A program made the translations under genes and the position numbers. This document shows positions 27,847 to 32,871 of a stretch of 32,871 nucleotides of DNA, piece after piece. This DNA comes from Candidatus Bilamarchaeaceae archaeon (GTDB taxonomy: Archaea; Micrarchaeota; Micrarchaeia; Anstonellales; Bilamarchaeaceae): NCBI GenBank assembly GCA_038870635.1, contig JAVZJR010000001.1, positions 360,712 to 393,582 on the forward strand, read 5' to 3'. Each line of letters starts with the position of its first letter. The first letter of the stretch is position 1. The notes beneath the pieces were generated by a model, which was not told where the DNA came from, did no database searches, and saw only the letters and a list, made by a program, of their open reading frames with translations.

Positions 27847-28571
27847 AAACATCATCAGAAGGAAAAACTCCAAAGGTTGATGGTTTTAAATTAAAAGGCA
27901 ATCTAAAAGGAAAAATAAGCAATATTGTTGATATACTAAAGAGTATCTCATTTATTGAAATAGCACAAGAAAAAAACGCGATTAATATTGCTTATGTTGA
28001 AAGTCGTGATATAAATAAAAACCCTTATCTGTTCTCTATCATAAAATTAAAAGATAACGAAATAGAAGTTGTTTATTCTATACCTTCTGAAATAAGTCCT
28101 ACTAAAAGAAGACTTGATGTTATTAGATACTTTCTTAATTTAGTGAGCCTTATAGGAGATGAATATGATGTTGATAATAAAATTCTCTTTCAACTCATAG
28201 AGGATGCTGTAAAGAGAGTTTCAGAATCTGTAAGCCTTGATTACTCAAAGCTTTATACAGAATATGACGCATTAAAAAAAGAAGTAGCAGACTTAAAAAA
28301 GAAAAATGAGATGCTCGCTCAGCAAGTAGACGCTTTAAGTGCCTATAACTATGAATTGAAATCAGAAAATGATGAGTTACGTTTAAAGCTTAAAAAATAT
28401 GAGACAATGTCTAATGACACTCTTAAAGTTAAAATACAAAGTTGGATTGCAGAGCATAATGGGAGTATAAATATCCCAGAATTTTGTAAGGTTTATGGGA
28501 CTGCGGAAAGTAAGGTTGAAGAGATATTAAACCAACTTGTAAGTGAAGGTTATTTAATATCAGTGGATTGA
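27831..28571 (+). CDS. Coiled-coil protein with C-terminal winged helix
   Basis: Heptad region LKKEVADLKKKNEMLAQQVDAL...; C-terminus WIAEHNGSINIPEFCKVYGTAESKVEEILNQLVSEGYL. Confidence 0.8.
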   Translation: MAEEIKTSSEGKTPKVDGFKLKGNLKGKISNIVDILKSISFIEIAQEKNAINIAYVESRDINKNPYLFSIIKLKDNEIEVVYSIPSEISPTKRRLDVIRYFLNLVSLIGDEYDVDNKILFQLIEDAVKRVSESVSLDYSKLYTEYDALKKEVADLKKKNEMLAQQVDALSAYNYELKSENDELRLKLKKYETMSNDTLKVKIQSWIAEHNGSINIPEFCKVYGTAESKVEEILNQLVSEGYLISVD

Positions 28572-28581
28572 GGGAAGTAAA

Positions 28582-31170
28582 ATGGCCGGTTTACCTAAGA
28601 TAAAACTCCAAAAAACAACATATAACTTTGATATAAAGAAAAAATATTCTTATGAGAAACGATATAAAATCGTACAAAAACCACCTCTTGAAATACTAAA
28701 AAATTACCTTTATTCTTTCTTTAAAACAACAAAGGAAGAGAAAAAGACAAGTGGTTTAAAAAAAGAAAAGCAGCCGCCGACCTTTAATCCAATTATAATC
28801 GGTGGTGCTTTTTTAGTAGCATTTCTGTTAATCTTTTCTTTGTGGATGTGGCTGAACCTACGAAGTATGGAACAAGTCCCTTCAACTACTGTTCCAATTT
28901 TAGAAATACCTACTATACAAAACACTCTTTTCGATGGTATGATTATTACTTCAGGTGATAGGTTAGCTCCTATGAGTGTTGCTTCTTTTGGTCTCAATTA
29001 TAATGCAAGCGGATTAGATACTTATAAAGCAACTGTTTTTACATATCAAAAAAACATCTATTCAGAAGTTTTTATCCTTAAAAGTGATGTAGAGGATGCA
29101 GATATCTATCCTTACTTCGTTTCTTCTTTACGTACTGAGCTTAAGAAAATAGGTTTAAATCTCAACGAGATAAGTATTCAAGAACTCGAAACCATACCTG
29201 GTGGCTCAGTTGTTATTATACCTTCTGGTTATTTACCAATAGAATTAATAGGAGGAAGTGGAAGTACAGTAACACCAGAAGGCCTTGCTGCTAGAGGAGT
29301 AGTAGTATTATATGTCGGCAAACCATTTTCAAGAGTGTATAGCAATGGCATAGTTATTAACACACCTACTGAGTTGAAAAAAAATATTCCTTTTAATTTT
29401 GAAGAGAAAACTTCTTTAAGATCCGAAGGCATTCATCTTTATCAACCTCTATATTCTGTCTCCGCACCAGCATGGATGAGCGACATATACTATGGCTCAG
29501 TCTCGGTACTTACAAAAGGAGATGGCGCTTTTGTTTTTATTCCTCAGACTTTAAGCAGTGGCTGGCAGATTGACCCCCAAAATCCTTCCATTCCTTCGTA
29601 TCAGTATGCAGCAGAAGATGTAACTAAAATCTTGCTTGACATGCCATGGGCAACACCCACTAATCCTGAGGGTAAAGTTTATATTCTTGAACCAAAAGCG
29701 GATGCAACTTATCTCCTAACTAAAGAATTCAAGGGTAATGAGCAGTCTATTTTAGTTTTCTTTTATGGAGAGAAAAAAATAGGTGATCAGACTTTAAGTG
29801 TTGTTGACAGAAAAGTTATACGTGTTTCAAATAATATAAATGGTAAGATGTTTATCTTTGGAGGTAATAATGTTATACCAACAAGCATTTCTGGCCGTAG
29901 CATTAGAGTATCTGTTTTATTAGCAGAGCCGCAAGCGCAGCAATTAAATCTTAAATTAATCATTTTGAATAGTTCTGGAGATATATTTACAGAAGTGCCA
30001 ATCGGTAAGATAAGTACACAATCAGAAAAAGATATTGATTTGAATATCGATCCACCTAGTGGCGAATATGTTTTAGTGGTAGTGGATGAAAGCGGAAAGC
30101 AATATGCCGCTTCTTATCTCACTGTTACTAGTTTAAAAATAGTTTACAAAGGGAGGGGTGCTTCCCCTTCTTCTTATGTATTCTCAATTACAATGAATGG
30201 AAATCCAACGCAACTAAATCAAGTGATTGTGAGCGTAGATGAAGGTAAATATGGAAGATTTACATATAACTCTGTTTTTTCTAATATTGAAGTTAATGTG
30301 GGAGATTATACAGGTAATAATGCGTTACCACCTGGTAATCATACGTTTGAGTTTACAGTAGGTAAACTTGTAGAAAAATACCACATTAATGTTCCTGTTC
30401 CTTCAATTCCATTATTCGGTGATCCGCTTTTTTTGGGAGGAGTTATTTTAGCTATTCTTATAGTAGGGGTCGGTATTGTTTTCGCTCGTAAAGAAGATGT
30501 TACATTTTCCATCGATATTCCTGATTTCCCGCCTCTTACTCGTGAAAAGATATCTGTTTCGACTGATGTGGTGCTATCCATTTTTGAAAAAGTTAACGCA
30601 AACTATCAATGGAAATTCACACCTTTACTTCTCCAAGAAATTAAAAGTGGTTTTAAAGAAATACACTATAAGGGTAATCCTATTTACATAACTGATTATA
30701 ACACTGAAATAATTTTAGATAAAATGAGTAAACAAGGTAAAATTGTTAAGATATTAAACTATTACGCACCTAAGATATGGGAAGAGAAATCACAGAAGTC
30801 GATTGTATATCTTAGCATGCTTCGAGCATTGCGTGATATATGTATAAACAATGCTGTGCCTTTTACAGGCTTGAATGAGTCTAAGGTAGCTGATAGTGAA
30901 ATTGATGTTATGGGCCAAAAGATGTTTGTTCATTTCTATTATGAAAATATTGATGTTGCCTCTCTTTTGAAAAAGATTCTACTAAACGTCAAGGACGGTA
31001 TAAATATAGTGCTTTTTGAAAATGAGGTAAAGAAAAACAAATTCAAAAAATTGCTTAAATCACCTTCTTTTATCCAAACAATATTAAAAATGGAGGCTGA
31101 GAGCAACAATATTCAATTGCTAACAATAACCGAGTTAGAAAAAATGATAAAGGAATTAAGAACGATATGA
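28582..31170 (+). CDS. Large membrane protein: TM, ~520-aa beta-rich probable extracellular region, TM, cytoplasmic domain
   Basis: TM IIIGGAFLVAFLLIFSLWMWL; Ig-like PPSGEYVLVV and LPPGNHTFEF; second TM LFLGGVILAILIVGVGIVFA. Confidence 0.82.
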   Translation: MAGLPKIKLQKTTYNFDIKKKYSYEKRYKIVQKPPLEILKNYLYSFFKTTKEEKKTSGLKKEKQPPTFNPIIIGGAFLVAFLLIFSLWMWLNLRSMEQVPSTTVPILEIPTIQNTLFDGMIITSGDRLAPMSVASFGLNYNASGLDTYKATVFTYQKNIYSEVFILKSDVEDADIYPYFVSSLRTELKKIGLNLNEISIQELETIPGGSVVIIPSGYLPIELIGGSGSTVTPEGLAARGVVVLYVGKPFSRVYSNGIVINTPTELKKNIPFNFEEKTSLRSEGIHLYQPLYSVSAPAWMSDIYYGSVSVLTKGDGAFVFIPQTLSSGWQIDPQNPSIPSYQYAAEDVTKILLDMPWATPTNPEGKVYILEPKADATYLLTKEFKGNEQSILVFFYGEKKIGDQTLSVVDRKVIRVSNNINGKMFIFGGNNVIPTSISGRSIRVSVLLAEPQAQQLNLKLIILNSSGDIFTEVPIGKISTQSEKDIDLNIDPPSGEYVLVVVDESGKQYAASYLTVTSLKIVYKGRGASPSSYVFSITMNGNPTQLNQVIVSVDEGKYGRFTYNSVFSNIEVNVGDYTGNNALPPGNHTFEFTVGKLVEKYHINVPVPSIPLFGDPLFLGGVILAILIVGVGIVFARKEDVTFSIDIPDFPPLTREKISVSTDVVLSIFEKVNANYQWKFTPLLLQEIKSGFKEIHYKGNPIYITDYNTEIILDKMSKQGKIVKILNYYAPKIWEEKSQKSIVYLSMLRALRDICINNAVPFTGLNESKVADSEIDVMGQKMFVHFYYENIDVASLLKKILLNVKDGINIVLFENEVKKNKFKKLLKSPSFIQTILKMEAESNNIQLLTITELEKMIKELRTI

Positions 31171-31173
31171 AAT

Positions 31174-31569
31174 TTATATCATATCTATTATGGGTTCGGC
31201 ATTTAAACCTATATTTAATGTATTTCTTATAAAACCTATTTCTGTTTTGTTTAACCACCTGTACTCATCGTGTTCTTTGCTTAATTTAACCATCATATTC
31301 TTCGTTTCTGCCGCATAAACTAAGTAAATAGAGTGTTTTTCGTTCTCTCCTTTTTTGTAAACTGCTGAAGTAACACCCATAAATCTTAATGGTTTTTGTA
31401 CTGAAATTCCTGTTTCTTCTTGCAATTCTCTTACCGCGCTATCTTCTGGATGTTCCCCCCACTCTACGCTTCCCCCTGGGAATTCCCAAATTCCGTCCTT
31501 TCTTCTAAGTAAAAGTACTCTATCTTGATTAAAAAGAAGAACATAAACATTTGTTTCTTGTATTTTCAT
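31174..31569 (-). CDS. Nudix hydrolase
   Basis: Nudix box GGSVEWGEHPEDSAVRELQEETG. Confidence 0.93.
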   Translation of the reverse strand: MKIQETNVYVLLFNQDRVLLLRRKDGIWEFPGGSVEWGEHPEDSAVRELQEETGISVQKPLRFMGVTSAVYKKGENEKHSIYLVYAAETKNMMVKLSKEHDEYRWLNKTEIGFIRNTLNIGLNAEPIIDMI

Positions 31570-31577
31570 AAATACCG

Positions 31578-32294
31578 CTACTTCACTATTCTAACAAAAG
31601 TTTTTGTTTCAACTATCCCTAGCTTTTGCATAAGCTCTTCGTTAAGGAATTCAAGAGGTTTCCCACATATCTCACATTTAAATCCTCGGTCAATTGCTGT
31701 TTCAAAACTTATTATTGTAGACACACCACAAAAAGGACATATATAGTACTCCCCACTATTGTTTGAGGTTACTGCGCCGAATTTTTTTGTTTTTTCCTCT
31801 ACCCACTGGAAAATCTTGTTTTTGTTTAAGTACCAACTATAAGAGTACCAGCCAGTGTCATTATCTTTATATCTATTATACATAACAATACCTTCACTAT
31901 GAAGGATATTTAATGCCGCTCTTACATCACTTATTTTTATTTTCAATCTTTTAGCAATGTCTTCGTCACTTAGTGCCTTATCAAAATTTTTTATTATTGC
32001 AAGGGCGTTCTCTCCTCCGACTTCTATAAGTGTTTGTCTTACTATTGGTCGTGCTAAAAGTTCGTTTATTTTTTGCATTTCTTCAGCAGTGAGCGTATAT
32101 ACATCATTCTCTTTTTCTTCCTTTACTTTAATACTTTTTTTAGTTGGTAATTTTTTCTTATCTTTTTTTTGTTTGTCTGTTTTTTTCTTATTTTCTTTAA
32201 CAGGTATGACAACTGCTGTCTTTGCTTTTTTTATTAGGTTTTTTTTAGGTTTTTTTATTTTTTTTGATTTATCCTTATGTTTTTTATTTGCCAA
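31578..32294 (-). CDS. tfe: Transcription factor E (TFIIE-alpha) with Lys-rich N-terminal extension
   Basis: SDEDIAKRLKIKISDVRAALNILHSEG...KDNDTGWYSYSW; Zn ribbon CPFC...FKCEICG; TTG start after AGGTGA SD. Confidence 0.92.
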   Translation of the reverse strand: MANKKHKDKSKKIKKPKKNLIKKAKTAVVIPVKENKKKTDKQKKDKKKLPTKKSIKVKEEKENDVYTLTAEEMQKINELLARPIVRQTLIEVGGENALAIIKNFDKALSDEDIAKRLKIKISDVRAALNILHSEGIVMYNRYKDNDTGWYSYSWYLNKNKIFQWVEEKTKKFGAVTSNNSGEYYICPFCGVSTIISFETAIDRGFKCEICGKPLEFLNEELMQKLGIVETKTFVRIVK

Positions 32295-32579
32295 GAAATC
32301 ACCTACTTTACTTTATTTTTTGTTATATTTAAATATTGTTCTTTTCGTCGGTAAAAATACCTCTAACTTTTTCGTCGCTTTTTCGTCTGAGCTTTTTGTC
32401 AGTTCTTATATGTTGTACTATATGATGCTAAATGTTTAAAAAGTTACTCAATTTGAGTATCTTGAGTATGGGGAATTTTATATTTTAGGTGAGCGTAAGC
32501 CTTTGCCATCGATAGCTATGCTATCGAGCTGTAAACGTATAGACGTTTACACAATTATAACACAGAAGTCAAAGGCTTC

Positions 32580-32793
32580 GTAAGAAGCCAATAAAACAGT
32601 AGAAAACATAAAAACCCCCGCCGGCACCGCTGAAAACCGGGGTAACGGCACATAGAAAACAGAAAGTATAACAGAGAAAACAGTAAGAAGCCAAGAAAAT
32701 AGGAGAAAACATAAAAACCCCCGCCGGCACCGCTGAAAACCGGAGTAACGGCACATAGAAAACATTAGAAATACAGAGAAAACAGTAAGAAGC
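32580..32793. repeat. Tandem repeat, ~103-bp period, two copies plus start of a third
   Basis: 32601-32661 and 32704-32764 are identical over 61 nt except G32641/A32744; GTAAGAAGC recurs at 32580, 32683 and 32785. Confidence 0.95.
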
Positions 32794-32820
32794 AATGAAA
32801 ACAGTAAGAATAACTAAAAA

Positions 32821-32871
32821 CGGGCCCGAAGGGATTTGAACCCTTGACCTTCGCCTTAGGAGAGCGCCGCT
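32821..32871 (-). tRNA. tRNA-Arg(CCT), 5' part outside window
   Basis: Minus strand ...GCGCT-CTCCTAA-GGCGA-AGGTC-AAGGG-TTCAAAT-CCCTT-CGGGCCC-G. Confidence 0.9.

Noticed and set aside
31957..32439. 160-aa Phe-rich plus-strand ORF
   Set aside because: Antisense reading of the Lys-rich tfe 5' region.
32547..32795. CRISPR array or coding ORFs in the repeat
   Set aside because: Only two units, a 61-nt core that is too long, intervening segments similar to each other rather than unique spacers, and no cas genes; the ORFs simply translate the repeat.

Overview
AT-rich archaeal chromosomal segment, most plausibly DPANN/Micrarchaeota-like (inferred from gene content and style, not from a search). 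Core genes: pyrH (partial), aIF-2beta, aIF-1A, Rio1, argS, a PurS-fused purL, a DRG GTPase, purN, radA, purB, Nre, a Nudix hydrolase and TFE, plus tRNA-Leu(CAG) and a partial tRNA-Arg(CCT). The strongest signals are not in the ORF track. (1) A fluoride (crcB-type) riboswitch at 15087-15141 (-) leads an operon of a prenyltransferase-repeat protein, a bacterial-type dynamin and a small membrane protein, with no fluoride exporter in it. (2) A box C/D sRNA at 24667-24715 has a D' guide that predicts 2'-O-methylation of the 23S A-loop U2552 equivalent. (3) A coupled five-gene membrane operon is built around a VirB4/HerA-like ATPase (24936-31170) and is a candidate chromosomal translocation or contact apparatus. 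(4) A small foreign-looking islet after tRNA-Leu holds a double HARE-HTH nuclease and a pseudogene. (5) A 103-bp tandem repeat lies just 3' of tRNA-Arg. All calls are by motif recognition; no database searches were run.
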